A stretch of DNA of 62,063 nt, the filler included. It is 6 parts of 6 records of this genome, joined end to end, with 100 filler letters (N's around TTAATTAATTAA, not from the genome) between each part and the next. Parts side by side here need not be neighbours in the genome. Positions count along the whole stretch, not along the records: positions 28,536 to 36,749 come from DRR723986_32940; positions 36,850 to 42,844 come from DRR723986_33019; positions 42,945 to 48,395 come from DRR723986_33026; 3 more parts are not named here. The stretch is one strand, 5' to 3'. This document shows positions 36,038 to 46,349 of this stretch, piece after piece. The position numbers were made by a program, and so were the translations under genes. The stretch's first letter is position 1; each line of letters begins with the position of its first letter. The notes beneath the pieces are model-generated. The model was not told the origin of the DNA, did no database searches, and saw only the letters and a program-made list of their open reading frames with translations.

Positions 36038-36063
36038 TACGCGGACGCCCTGAAAGGGGATCT
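36038..36063 (-). promoter_or_regulatory. Candidate ECF sigma (RpoE/ChrR-type) promoter of the fasciclin gene
   Basis: AGATCC-N16-CGTA, close to the TGATCC..CGTA RpoE consensus. Confidence 0.55.
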
Positions 36064-36237
36064 GCTCAAAAGAGCGGTCATTGAACACATTAATTTCAGG
36101 ACGATTTGATGATCCAAAAGTGATCCGGAAGCCGGTTTGCGCAATCACAAAAAGAGCAAGGCGTGACGACATCGGCGCCCGCGATCTGCGCTTTTTTCAC
36201 ACAAAAGCGGGCTATTTCCGTCGAACCAATTGGGATT

Positions 36238-36749
36238 TCATTCGAACGAGAGGCCCTTGGCCCTTCGGCGTCGCGCGATTTCGCGGTAGAGGGCTTCCGG
36301 ACTGACAGCAATCTGTCGGGCAATCTGGTGCCATTCACCTTTTGGCGGCAATGTGCCGTGCCAGGCGAGCCAGGCATCCAGACGTTCCGTGACTGTTCTG
36401 AGGGCCAGAATTTCGCTCCTCAGGCGAGTTGTCTGTACCTCGCGGGCAAGCCGTGCCGCCCAGGCTTCTGAAAGTTTCGGGTCAGCGCGAAAAAGGTCGA
36501 GGAAGCGCCGCCTCGAGATCCCACGTACGCAGGCATCTGATCGGACGATCGCGTCGCAGTGATAAGTTTCGGCAAAAGCAGAGGCTTCAGCCACGACTGC
36601 ACCTGGAAAAGCGCGTTGTAGAACGAGTGCGGCTCCCCCTGTCTGGTGGCGGACAAGCTGAATTTCACCAGCGGTCACCAGAAACAGGTTCTCCACCTTG
36701 CTGTTCTGATGGAACAGATACGCTCCCGCCGGCACCCGGCGCTCAAAGG
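36238..36749 (-). CDS. Crp/Fnr family regulator, 5' truncated
   Basis: cNMP-binding-like domain (AEAS..YHCDA); HTH IAVSPEALYREI. Confidence 0.85.
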
Positions 36750-36849
36750 NNNNNNNNNNNNNNNNNNNNNNNNNNNNNNNNNNNNNNNNNNNNTTAATTA
36801 ATTAANNNNNNNNNNNNNNNNNNNNNNNNNNNNNNNNNNNNNNNNNNNN
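36750..36849. other. Artificial contig linker
   Basis: N-run with TTAATTAATTAA. Confidence 0.97.
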
Positions 36850-36906
36850 TAGAGCAACTGACTTTTAATCAGTAGGTCGATGGTTCGAACCCATCACGGC
36901 TCACCA
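36850..36906 (+). tRNA. tRNA-Lys (UUU), 5' truncated
   Basis: ACTGA-CTTTTAA-TCAGT arm, GGTTCGAACCC, encoded CCA. Confidence 0.9.
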
Positions 36907-37346
36907 CTTCTTCTCTTACTCAAAGCAACAATGACTGATCTGAATGTTTCGCCGCCGTCTCGGGCATGGTGATCTTTTCTTTGGCGAATCGATATCTATG
37001 GGCCTGACTCGGATATCGTTCGAGGTTGGGCCTTTTTCTGCATCTTGGTGATGTGAATATCGTGCTGCAGGGTTTTCGGATCAGCGTTCTCAAGAACGCG
37101 CTATACAGTCTTGCTTCGTTGGGGGAGGGCCGTGCTCGTTCGAACTGCATGCTTTTGGTGTCAGGGGGGGGCTGACGTGCCGGGTGGCCCTAAAGAAGGC
37201 TTTTAGGTTCGGTGCTTTAGGGCAAACCACTGGTGCCCTGGTGAGGTGCGGTTTCTATGTATTAACCTATATATATCAGTAGCTAACGGACCAGTTAATT
37301 CACAATGCGGACCCGGATGTGGACCTGATATTGAGCGCTGGGCGTA

Positions 37347-37366
37347 GAATCCCTGTCTCTCCGCCA
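37347..37366 (+). other. Isolated tRNA (Ser-like) 3' end, possible att site remnant
   Basis: GAATCCCTGTCTCTCCGCCA with no tRNA body upstream. Confidence 0.5.
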
Positions 37367-37836
37367 CTATCCCAGCAGGTAGTAATTTGGTTTATTGTTA
37401 TGGGATAAGTGGTGTTCGGAGCTTTCAGCCACACACACCAAAAACACACATTGGCCACACACAGTTGCATCTGGTGGATCGCTTGGAACACCGATCAGCA
37501 CGACAGGTCTAATCCAGTCAGAGGCAGTCCGAATTGGGGGGGATCCGTCCGTTAGCCCCTAGCGATGGCTGCTGTCAGCCCAAAGCGGACACCAACATGG
37601 AACTCCGCGCTATCAATCCCGCAGTATCTAATCTTGAGGGTCAACTTCCCAAAAGCGATCATTCAAACGGTTTAGACCGCTACCTATTTCGCTGCATTAA
37701 ACTCAACCGGTGCAAAGCAGCCCTTCTTTCTTTTTGAAGATGGATGTGGCTGGAGGAAACTCCTGTGACCTTGTCACAAACGGTTTTCGACGTTTGACCA
37801 GAGATGGGAAAAAGTGAAACGAAAACTTAAAGGTGC

Positions 37837-37865
37837 TCGCAGCACAGTTGGTTGCTGTGCTGCGA
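37837..37865. terminator. 11-bp-arm hairpin just downstream of the iorB-like gene
   Basis: TCGCAGCACAG-N7-CTGTGCTGCGA. Confidence 0.5.
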
Positions 37866-37870
37866 AAATA

Positions 37871-40048
37871 CTATGCGAATGAAACTCCATTCGCGCTCAT
37901 CGGCAATTCCGCAACAAGCAGATCAAGCTGTGCGATTGCGTTGGCTAATGCCGGTGCAGAAGGTGGGGTGCCAGGTTCTCCGATACCGCTAGGGGCTTCG
38001 GCAGATGCCACAATATGCGTTTCAATCGCCTTGATGTCAGAGATCCTTAGCGGCTCATAATCTGGGAAGTTGGACTGTTCTACCGCTCCGCCATCTAGGG
38101 TGATTTTGTCGCGCATAGCATGCCCAATGCCGTAGCCTATGGCTCCTTCGATTTGGGCTTTGACCACATCGGGGTTTACAGCGATGCCACAATCGACGGC
38201 AGCGGTAACTTTTTCGATTTGGATACCATCCGCCAAGTTTCCAGAAATTTCCACCACTTCTGCCACATAAGACCCAAACGACTTGTGCACGGCAACGCCC
38301 TGCACATTTCCTGCCGCTGGTTTGCCCCAGTTTCCCTTTTCCGCTGCCAGTTTCAAAACCGCTGCTTTGCGAGCTTGGTCAGCCTCACCTGTAAGGTATT
38401 TCAGCCTAAACGCTACGGGATCTTGCCCGACTGTTCTGGCGGCCAGATCCATCATGACTTCCATCACATAGGCCGTATGGGTGTGACCAACCGAACGCCA
38501 CCAAAGCACCGACGTCGCTTTTTCTGTATCCGTCAAACCAAGCGCCATGCCTGGAATAGCGTAAGGGCTGTCAGCGATGCCTTCGACCGTTGAGTGGTCA
38601 ACACCGTCATGCACAGCAAAAGCCTCAAAGGCGGTGCCCTTCATGATCGACTGCCCAGCCACTTGATGCTCCCAACCAAGGATATTGCCTGCGCCATCCA
38701 AACCCACACGTACTTTGTGACCCGCCGATGGCCGGTAATAGCCACCACGGATATCATCCTCGCGATCCCAAACCAGCTTCACCGGGCGGGACCGGTCCGT
38801 CAGGACAAAGGCCAACCCGGCTTCGACCTGGTAGTCCGCATCCGGTGTTGCGCGGCGACCAAAAGAACCACCTGCTAACATGGTTTTGATGTGGATCTTT
38901 TCCGCCGGCAGGCCAAAAATCTGCTGATAGGCCATATGCGGCCCCGTCGGCATCTGTGCGCCATCATGCAGCACAATGTCGCCCTCTGCGGTCTGCTCAA
39001 TAGTGCAATTTAGCGGCTCCATTGGGGCATGTGCCAAAAGCGGAAAATAGAACTCCTTTTCAATCATCGTGGCCGCACCGTCGACCATGGACTTCACCGC
39101 TGCTCGATCCGCCTTGTTGACGTTATAGGTCGGTGCCGTTCCAAGGGCTGCCAGAACCTCGTCCTTGATCTCCTGCGAAGACCGCGTTTCTGCCGCAGCG
39201 AGATCCCATTCGACCTCCAGCACTTCACGCGCCTGCATTGCGGCCCAGGTGTTTTCTGCATAGACAGCGACGCCGTGTTTGGTCGGCAGAGCCTGCGCCA
39301 TGATGAAACCTTTGACGCCTTTTGCGGCGCTGTCGTCAAAGCTTGCCACGAGACCACCACGTTGCGGTGTACGTTTGATCATCACAACCATTTGGTTGTC
39401 CAAATGCACATCCATGGCAAATTTGGCCGTGCCATTCACCTTGATGGGGCTGTCTTTCCGTTTGGTGTTTGGGTTGCCAATGATCTTCCACTCTGAAGGT
39501 TCGCGCAATCGCGGGCTTTCAGAGGGTGCAATGCCAGCGGCAGTGGCAACAAAAGCCCCCAGAGGTGCAGAATGATCAGCACCAGAGATCACCCCTGCCT
39601 GAATATCCAGGGCCGAAGCCTCCACGCCCCATTCCATTGCCGCCGCCTTGATCAGCATTTCACGGGCATTGGCACCAGCCGTGCGATACTGCATCCAGGA
39701 ATTCGCCATGGCTGTTGAACCGCCAGTGCCCTGGAACGGGCCAAACAGCGTGTTGTTGTAGACTTCTGGGTTGGAGGGGGCGAATTCATAGCCAATTTGA
39801 TCCATCGTCACACCGAGCTCTTCGGCGATGAGTGACGTTAGACCAGTGGCCGGGCCTTGTCCTTTTTCAAAGTGCTTTACGATAGCAATGACAGATCCAT
39901 TGCTGTCGATTTTAACAAATGGGTTCAACATAGCATCTGCTGAACCGGATGCCGCGCTGACGCCTTTAGAGGTTGCTCCGACGTAGAGGACAGCGGTGGC
40001 TGCGGCTGCGGTTTTTAAAAAATTACGGCGCGAAGTAATGATCGTCAT
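37871..40048 (-). CDS. Isoquinoline 1-oxidoreductase beta-like molybdopterin subunit, Tat signal
   Basis: SRRNFLK; HAPMEPLNC; GGSFGRR; WWRSVG; GIGEPGTPP. Confidence 0.9.
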   Translation of the reverse strand: MTIITSRRNFLKTAAAATAVLYVGATSKGVSAASGSADAMLNPFVKIDSNGSVIAIVKHFEKGQGPATGLTSLIAEELGVTMDQIGYEFAPSNPEVYNNTLFGPFQGTGGSTAMANSWMQYRTAGANAREMLIKAAAMEWGVEASALDIQAGVISGADHSAPLGAFVATAAGIAPSESPRLREPSEWKIIGNPNTKRKDSPIKVNGTAKFAMDVHLDNQMVVMIKRTPQRGGLVASFDDSAAKGVKGFIMAQALPTKHGVAVYAENTWAAMQAREVLEVEWDLAAAETRSSQEIKDEVLAALGTAPTYNVNKADRAAVKSMVDGAATMIEKEFYFPLLAHAPMEPLNCTIEQTAEGDIVLHDGAQMPTGPHMAYQQIFGLPAEKIHIKTMLAGGSFGRRATPDADYQVEAGLAFVLTDRSRPVKLVWDREDDIRGGYYRPSAGHKVRVGLDGAGNILGWEHQVAGQSIMKGTAFEAFAVHDGVDHSTVEGIADSPYAIPGMALGLTDTEKATSVLWWRSVGHTHTAYVMEVMMDLAARTVGQDPVAFRLKYLTGEADQARKAAVLKLAAEKGNWGKPAAGNVQGVAVHKSFGSYVAEVVEISGNLADGIQIEKVTAAVDCGIAVNPDVVKAQIEGAIGYGIGHAMRDKITLDGGAVEQSNFPDYEPLRISDIKAIETHIVASAEAPSGIGEPGTPPSAPALANAIAQLDLLVAELPMSANGVSFA

Positions 40049-40053
40049 CTGTT

Positions 40054-40518
40054 TCAAGCCTCCAGAATATCAGCTGCACGGAGAACACCGGCGCGAATGC
40101 GCTGGTAGGTGGCACAACGGCAGGCATTGCCATGCATATAGTCGTCTACCTCCTGCGCGGTGGGGGTCGCGTTTTCACGCAGTAGCCCCACTGCACTCAT
40201 GATCTGGCCAGACTGACAGTAGCCACATTGAACCACATCCAATTCCAACCAGGCCTTTTGAACAGCAGCACCGATCCTATCCTCTTCCATCTTTTCAATG
40301 GTGGTGACTTCTGCATCTTCAACGTCTTCAATGAAGGTCTGGCAAGAGCGGACAGGCTCGCCATCCAAATGCACTGTGCAGGCTCCGCAAGAGGCCACAC
40401 CACATCCGAATTTGGTACCAGTTAGTTTTAATTCATCCCGGATAACCCACAAGAGTGGCGTGCCCGGTTCGGCGTCAACGGTATGTGTCTCACCGTTTAG
40501 TTTGAGTGATATTGCCAT
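40054..40518 (-). CDS. (2Fe-2S) subunit, IorA/CoxS family
   Basis: GTKFGCG..CGACTV; QCGYCQSG; CRC. Confidence 0.93.
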   Translation of the reverse strand: MAISLKLNGETHTVDAEPGTPLLWVIRDELKLTGTKFGCGVASCGACTVHLDGEPVRSCQTFIEDVEDAEVTTIEKMEEDRIGAAVQKAWLELDVVQCGYCQSGQIMSAVGLLRENATPTAQEVDDYMHGNACRCATYQRIRAGVLRAADILEA

Positions 40519-40680
40519 GGCTTTTAGGACTCCCTGTTGGCTATTTTTTCGAGGCTATATTTTTTATTTGCATTCGGATCTTTCAGAGCTTGTTGGGCAA
40601 TTGCCCCGACCACGTCAGTTGAAAGATCTGGAGCAGCCAATGCGGCCACCTAATCGTACCAGCTTATTCTTCGGTTCTGG

Positions 40681-41502
40681 CTACAGACCAAGCTGCGCCT
40701 TCATGCTGCCGATGAACGCGGCGTCGTCCAAGGCCTTGCGATTATCGAGCAATTGAACCGCATCTGCGCCAGCGCGATAGCGTAGGGTCGCACTGCCATC
40801 GGTCACCGCCTGAAAGATGACTTCGGCAACGACGATAGGTTGCGACGCGCGGGCTGCCATTTCTTCGCTGCCCCAAGCTCCGAATAGGGCCTGAACAACA
40901 GGTTGGTATTCTGTCATTGCTTCATCATTGATGAAATCAAATGAACGCCCGCCAAAGTCAGTTGCAATCATGCCCGGTTGTACAATTTTAACTTTGATGC
41001 CCGCAGTCTCCAGTTCAAAATGCAATGCTTCTGAAATACCTTCGACCGCAAACTTTGTCCCATGGTAGAGCGCCCCCAAGGGAAAGGTCATCTGGCCGCC
41101 AATTGAAGAGACGTTGACGATTGTGCCGGAACCCTGTGATCGCATGTGCGGCAATACTGCCTTGGTCGTTTCCAATAAGCCAATCACGTTTGTGTCGAAC
41201 TGACGGCGGATCCGATCCATTGGAAAGGCTTCCAAGGGACCATAAGCCCCGTAGCCTGCATTGTTGAGCAAAACGTCGATCTTGCCAAACTTAGCAATTC
41301 CGGCGGCGACAGCTGCGTTGATCGTCTCGGGGTCGGTCACATCCAGATGGGTGACGAGTACATTCTCGATTCCAACAAGATCGTCTTCCTTGTCAGGAGC
41401 ACGCATCGTGGCAACTACATTCCACCCGCGCGAGGCAAAGAGTTTCGCAGTTTCCTTGCCAATGCCGGAAGATGCGCCTGTGATCAAAATGGTCAGGGAC
41501 AT
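40681..41502 (-). CDS. Short-chain dehydrogenase/reductase
   Basis: TGASSGIG, NNAG, YHGTK. Confidence 0.93.
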   Translation of the reverse strand: MSLTILITGASSGIGKETAKLFASRGWNVVATMRAPDKEDDLVGIENVLVTHLDVTDPETINAAVAAGIAKFGKIDVLLNNAGYGAYGPLEAFPMDRIRRQFDTNVIGLLETTKAVLPHMRSQGSGTIVNVSSIGGQMTFPLGALYHGTKFAVEGISEALHFELETAGIKVKIVQPGMIATDFGGRSFDFINDEAMTEYQPVVQALFGAWGSEEMAARASQPIVVAEVIFQAVTDGSATLRYRAGADAVQLLDNRKALDDAAFIGSMKAQLGL

Positions 41503-41629
41503 GAAGACAACTCCTGTTTTTGCCTGTCTTCAATTTAGCATTGCCCAGCCCAGTTCCATTGCCTGATCCTCCAAATGGTCTGCCTAATTCTCCAGTTCTT
41601 GCGGCTTTGACGTTCACCGCACCGCGATC

Positions 41630-42562
41630 ATGACCTATGATTTTCTGGAACAGGGAGGCTCTCACATGGTACTCGACGATCTGGCTCGGGATGTTTTTCA
41701 GCACGTGGTATCCCAAGAAGCCCTGGGAACTGGCTGCGAAACCGATATTCAAGGGCTCTATGCAATCGGCAATCTCGAGAAGACAGATTGTTCCGCTGCA
41801 TTTTATGAGCCGATCATGTGCCTAGTGTTGCAGGGGGCAAAAGAGGCCTATGCCCGTGGGCGAGTGATCCGATATGCCGCCGGGGATTCCTTGATCGTGA
41901 GTCACGCAGTCCCGGTTGATGCTGCGGTCATTCAGGCCAGCCCTCAGGCACCCTACACAGCCCTGGCCTTGCGGCTAGACTTGGATTTGCTACGCAGCAT
42001 GTCTGCTGAATTTCAGGGGCTTGAGGACGTTGATAGTGGCAATATGCATTCGCTAAACGCCGCAGCGTCTGACGCCGCACTCATTGATGCCGTGGGCAGG
42101 TTGTTTCGCTTGTCCTTTGATCCGGTTGAGACTGAGGCACTGGCACCGCTGGTGCTAAAGGAAATCCACTTTCGACTTCTGCGGGCAAGTCATGGTACAA
42201 TGCTGCGTCAATTGCTCAAGCAAGACAGCCCGGCAAGTCGTATATCCAAAACCATCACCACACTGCGCAATAACTACAAAAGCAATATCTTGGTTGCCGA
42301 CCTTGCGGCTGCATCTGGCATGAGCCTATCGGCCTTTCATGAGCACTTCAAATCGGTCACGTCCACCACGCCTCTACAGTATCAAAAGGATTTGCGTCTG
42401 CTGGAGGCGCGGCAACTTCTCATTTCTGGAACCAAGTCCGTGGCTGCAACGGCTTACCACGTGGGCTATGAAAGCCCGACACAGTTTAGCCGTGAGTATT
42501 CTCGAAAATTTGGAATGTCCCCAAGCGGTCAGAAGTCGGAAACATTTTCTCTTTCCAAATAG
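41630..42562 (+). CDS. AraC family regulator (AraC_N type), divergent from the SDR
   Basis: YEPIMCLVLQGAK; TPLQYQKDLRL; VGYESPTQFSREY. Confidence 0.92.
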   Translation: MTYDFLEQGGSHMVLDDLARDVFQHVVSQEALGTGCETDIQGLYAIGNLEKTDCSAAFYEPIMCLVLQGAKEAYARGRVIRYAAGDSLIVSHAVPVDAAVIQASPQAPYTALALRLDLDLLRSMSAEFQGLEDVDSGNMHSLNAAASDAALIDAVGRLFRLSFDPVETEALAPLVLKEIHFRLLRASHGTMLRQLLKQDSPASRISKTITTLRNNYKSNILVADLAAASGMSLSAFHEHFKSVTSTTPLQYQKDLRLLEARQLLISGTKSVAATAYHVGYESPTQFSREYSRKFGMSPSGQKSETFSLSK

Positions 42563-42844
42563 TTGCAAATACTAATTCTGCTTTCTAACTGAAAACTTCC
42601 AACTAGGATTAGATGCTCGACGTGAGCACAACAAATGCCCATTTTGTCGGTCTGCAACTTTTTCCAGTGGCCGCTTTTCACGCAGCATCGCAGCGGTTTC
42701 AGACAGTGTTGTCAGTAAGGTTTCCAGACTTTGCAAAGGTCGCTATCTGCGCAAAGCTGTCGTCTGGTCGTGGTGCCGTATCTGTCTAGATAGGAGGCTT
42801 TCGTGTGCAATCTTTTAGCGTGCATAGTTATGCATTAGGATTGA

Positions 42845-42944
42845 NNNNNNNNNNNNNNNNNNNNNNNNNNNNNNNNNNNNNNNNNNNNTTAATTAATTAA
42901 NNNNNNNNNNNNNNNNNNNNNNNNNNNNNNNNNNNNNNNNNNNN
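42845..42944. other. Artificial contig linker
   Basis: N-run with TTAATTAATTAA. Confidence 0.97.
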
Positions 42945-43803
42945 TATGGTCGGCCAGAAAAAGCTCAGATGGGTTAGTGACTTCTTGCAAGCCAAGGCCT
43001 GTCATTTCAAAAACACCGATTTCATCGGTGCCCCCAAATCGGTTTTTAACGGCTCTCAATATGCGGAATTGATGACCTCGGTCACCTTCAAAGTACAGCA
43101 CGGTATCAACCATGTGCTCCAAAACTCGTGGCCCAGCGATTTGGCCGTCTTTTGTGACATGCCCAACAAGAATAACCACAATGCCGCGTCGTTTGGCAAA
43201 GCTGATGAGTTCATGGGCGCAAACCCTCACCTGGCTTACCGTTCCAGGCGCTGATTCTACATGGTCAGCATACAATGTCTGAATAGAGTCTATCACAACG
43301 GCCTTTGGCGGTTTACCTTCATCCAGTGTGGTTAAAATATTTCGCAAACTGGTTTCACAACCAAGCCGAAGCGGCGCACCTTTAAGGCCTAACCGGTTAG
43401 CGCGCATTTGTATTTGAGCGGTTGCTTCCTCGCCGGAAATGTAGACACAGTCTTCGCCATTAAAGGCTAAGGCTGCCATTGCTTGTAGCAAAAGGGTTGA
43501 TTTGCCAATGCCGGGGTCACCGCCAACCAAGATAGCACTGCCGGGTACAAGACCGCCGCCCAAGGCTCGATCTAGTTCAGAAATGCCTGAAAGTGTTCTT
43601 GGTGCTTCTTCGATGGGCTCATTGAGGGACACCAGCGAGACAGAGTTGCCTTTTTTCTGGCTCAGACCCTTTGGTGCACCAGACACGGACGCCGTATGTT
43701 GGCTAATGGTATTCCAGCCGCTACAGTCATCACATTTGCCCTGCCAGCGGGAGTAAACCGCACCGCAGGAGCCACAGGCGAATGTTTGTTGAGCTTTTGC
43801 CAT
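42945..43803 (-). CDS. radA: DNA repair protein RadA, 3' truncated
   Basis: C4 zinc finger, GGDPGIGKST, KNRFG. Confidence 0.95.
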
Positions 43804-44591
43804 TATGGTTTCAACAATTGCATTTCAATCGGCCCTTGAGCGCGCCCATGAATGAATTGGTCTACATAGTCATTATCTGATGTGTCTATTTCGGCCTTAT
43901 CGCCTTCCCAGATGATTTGTCCTTGATAAAGCATGGCTATACGATCAGCAATTTTGCGTGCGCTTGCCATGTCATGCGTAATCGATAGGGTTGTGGCACC
44001 AAGGTCTTGAACGCATTCCACGATCAAATCATTAATCACATCAGCCATGATGGGGTCGAGCCCCGTGGTTGGCTCATCAAAAAAGATAATTTCAGGTTCG
44101 CTGGCAATAGCCCGCGCGAGGCCAACACGTTTTTGCATGCCACCTGACAATTCAGCAGGGGAAAGCTCCCCAACATCTGGGGAAAGACCAACACGGCGAA
44201 GTTTTTCAATGGCAATTTCGTGGGCATCTTGCTTGTTTATGCCTTTACCTTGTATCAGACCAAAGGCTACATTCTGCCATACTGAAATGCTGTCGAATAA
44301 GGCCGCGCCCTGGAAAAGCATGCCTATTTTGGCCAAAACGGGTTTCAGTTCGCGATTAGAAAGGCCGGTAATTTCAGTGCCATCTATTTGTATAGAGCCT
44401 TTTTCAGGCTTTAAAATACCAAGGATACACTTGAGTGCGACTGACTTTCCGGTTCCCGAGCCTCCAATAATGACCAGTGACTGGCCTTTATCAACCGATA
44501 GGTTCAAGCCATTTAAAACATGCTTCTGGTTAAACGATTTATGGATATTATCCATTTTAATCATTGCTCTATGACTTTTCTCTAAGGTCAT
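43803..44591 (-). CDS. mlaF: MlaF-type ABC transporter ATPase
   Basis: GGSGTGKS, LSGGMQKRV, DEPTTGLDP; adjacent to mlaE. Confidence 0.85.
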   Translation of the reverse strand: MTLEKSHRAMIKMDNIHKSFNQKHVLNGLNLSVDKGQSLVIIGGSGTGKSVALKCILGILKPEKGSIQIDGTEITGLSNRELKPVLAKIGMLFQGAALFDSISVWQNVAFGLIQGKGINKQDAHEIAIEKLRRVGLSPDVGELSPAELSGGMQKRVGLARAIASEPEIIFFDEPTTGLDPIMADVINDLIVECVQDLGATTLSITHDMASARKIADRIAMLYQGQIIWEGDKAEIDTSDNDYVDQFIHGRAQGPIEMQLLKP

Positions 44592-45370
44592 ACCTGATTT
44601 CCAAAAACAATCACCGTGATAATAAGGTTAGCAAGTAAAATCATAATAAATGCGGAAACAACAGCATTGGTGGTTGCCTTGCCAACGCCTTGCGCTCCGC
44701 CGCGGCTGTAATAGCCATGGTAGCTACCCATAAGTGCAATGATGAAACCAAATACAGCGGCTTTCCACATGGAGGAAATAATGTCGCCTTGCTCAAGAAA
44801 GTCTGCGGTAATCTGCAAATAGGTGCCAGCGTTCAGGCCAAGTCTTTCGGTACCAATTATAAAGCCGCCAAGAACACCAATTGTGTTCGCAACAAGCACA
44901 AGCAGTGGCAATGTAAGGACAGCTGCAATCAGGCGCGGCACCACTAAATAGTTGATAGGGTCGGTGGACAATGTTGTTAGCGCATCAATTTGCTCTGTAA
45001 CCCTCATGGTACCGAGCTCGGCAGCCATAGCCGAGGAAACGCGTCCGGCAACCATGAGCCCCCCTAAAACGGGGCCTAGTTCGCGGACTATAGCAATTAC
45101 AACAACACCTGGCACAACAGACTCTGCGTTGAAACGGCTGCCACCAACAAATATTTGCTGGGCAAGAGCAGCACCAGTGAATAGAGCGGTTAAGCCAACC
45201 ACAGGCAAACTATTATAGCCAATAAGCCACATTTGCTGCAGTGCAAGTCGCCAATATATGGGAGGGCGGATAATATGAGCCGTTGCAATAGCAGCAAAAT
45301 GCGAAAGCCGACCTATTTCAGCGAGGGCGTTTAGAAAGACGCGGCCAATAGTTGCAAGGGGGTTTGTCAC
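44588..45370 (-). CDS. mlaE: MlaE-type ABC transporter permease
   Basis: RELGPV, AELGTMRVTEQIDAL, GAQGVGKATT. Confidence 0.9.
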   Translation of the reverse strand: MTNPLATIGRVFLNALAEIGRLSHFAAIATAHIIRPPIYWRLALQQMWLIGYNSLPVVGLTALFTGAALAQQIFVGGSRFNAESVVPGVVVIAIVRELGPVLGGLMVAGRVSSAMAAELGTMRVTEQIDALTTLSTDPINYLVVPRLIAAVLTLPLLVLVANTIGVLGGFIIGTERLGLNAGTYLQITADFLEQGDIISSMWKAAVFGFIIALMGSYHGYYSRGGAQGVGKATTNAVVSAFIMILLANLIITVIVFGNQV

Positions 45371-45486
45371 GCATCAATCCATTTTGTTGCTATTATGTTC
45401 CGGCAGAATACACCTTGTTTAACCATGATTGATGGAAATGAAAAGTGGCTATTTCATGAAATGCCGTGTGACTAAGACTTTTTTGC

Positions 45487-46278
45487 TTATTTTCCCTGAA
45501 AATTGGCGTCACGCTTTTGCAAAAAGGCCATCACACCTTCAACACAATCATCTGTTCGGCCAGCTATACGCTGTGTCATAGCTTCCATTTGCAGTTGTTC
45601 CGGATAACTGTTTTTCATTGACTGTTGGGCTAATTGTCGGATGCTTCCTAGTGCTCTAGTAGGGCCGTTTGCTAGTTTCATCGCAAGTTCACTGCCACGC
45701 TCCATAAGCTTATCATCAGCAACAGCTTCAAAAATAAGCCCCCATTCTCGTGCAGTTTCAGCTGGCAGGCGTTCTCCCAGCAGCATCATAGCTTTTGCGC
45801 GTGCTTCGCCAATAAGGCGCGGCAATAAATAAGTGCTACCTGCGTCAGGTACCAACCCAATATTCACAAATGCTTGCAGGAAATAGGCAGACTTTGCAGC
45901 AATTACGATATCCGCTGATAGGGCGATAGACATGCCAGCCCCAGCCGCTATTCCGTTAACGACTGAAATAACCGGGATTTTAAGAGCAGCCAGTTCTAGT
46001 AGGATAGGGTGATAAGTCGATATAAGGCTTTCACCCAAATCTCGGTCTTGATCAGCAAAAGCGTTATTGTCCAAGGCTGCACCCACGCTGAAAGCGCGCC
46101 CAGTGGCTGTAATCATCAAGGCTCTTGCTTTACTCGAAGGTTTAGCAACTTCTCGCACCGCTGCGAGAAAATCTGCCTTTATTTCTTCCGACAATGCGTT
46201 CAATCGATCTGGCTGGTTCAGCGTAATTGTTGCCAAACCATCTGTTTGATCAAAGATGATTGTTTCGTAGTTAGCCAT
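45487..46278 (-). CDS. Enoyl-CoA hydratase/isomerase (PaaG-like)
   Basis: LNQPDRLNAL, VNGIAAGAG, IGLVPDAG. Confidence 0.88.
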   Translation of the reverse strand: MANYETIIFDQTDGLATITLNQPDRLNALSEEIKADFLAAVREVAKPSSKARALMITATGRAFSVGAALDNNAFADQDRDLGESLISTYHPILLELAALKIPVISVVNGIAAGAGMSIALSADIVIAAKSAYFLQAFVNIGLVPDAGSTYLLPRLIGEARAKAMMLLGERLPAETAREWGLIFEAVADDKLMERGSELAMKLANGPTRALGSIRQLAQQSMKNSYPEQLQMEAMTQRIAGRTDDCVEGVMAFLQKRDANFQGK

Positions 46279-46349
46279 GAGCCCCTCCTTGGTCTTAGCC
46301 TGAAATAGGGTGGTGATCAAAGCTGACAAGTGAAGCAGTAATGAAAGCG

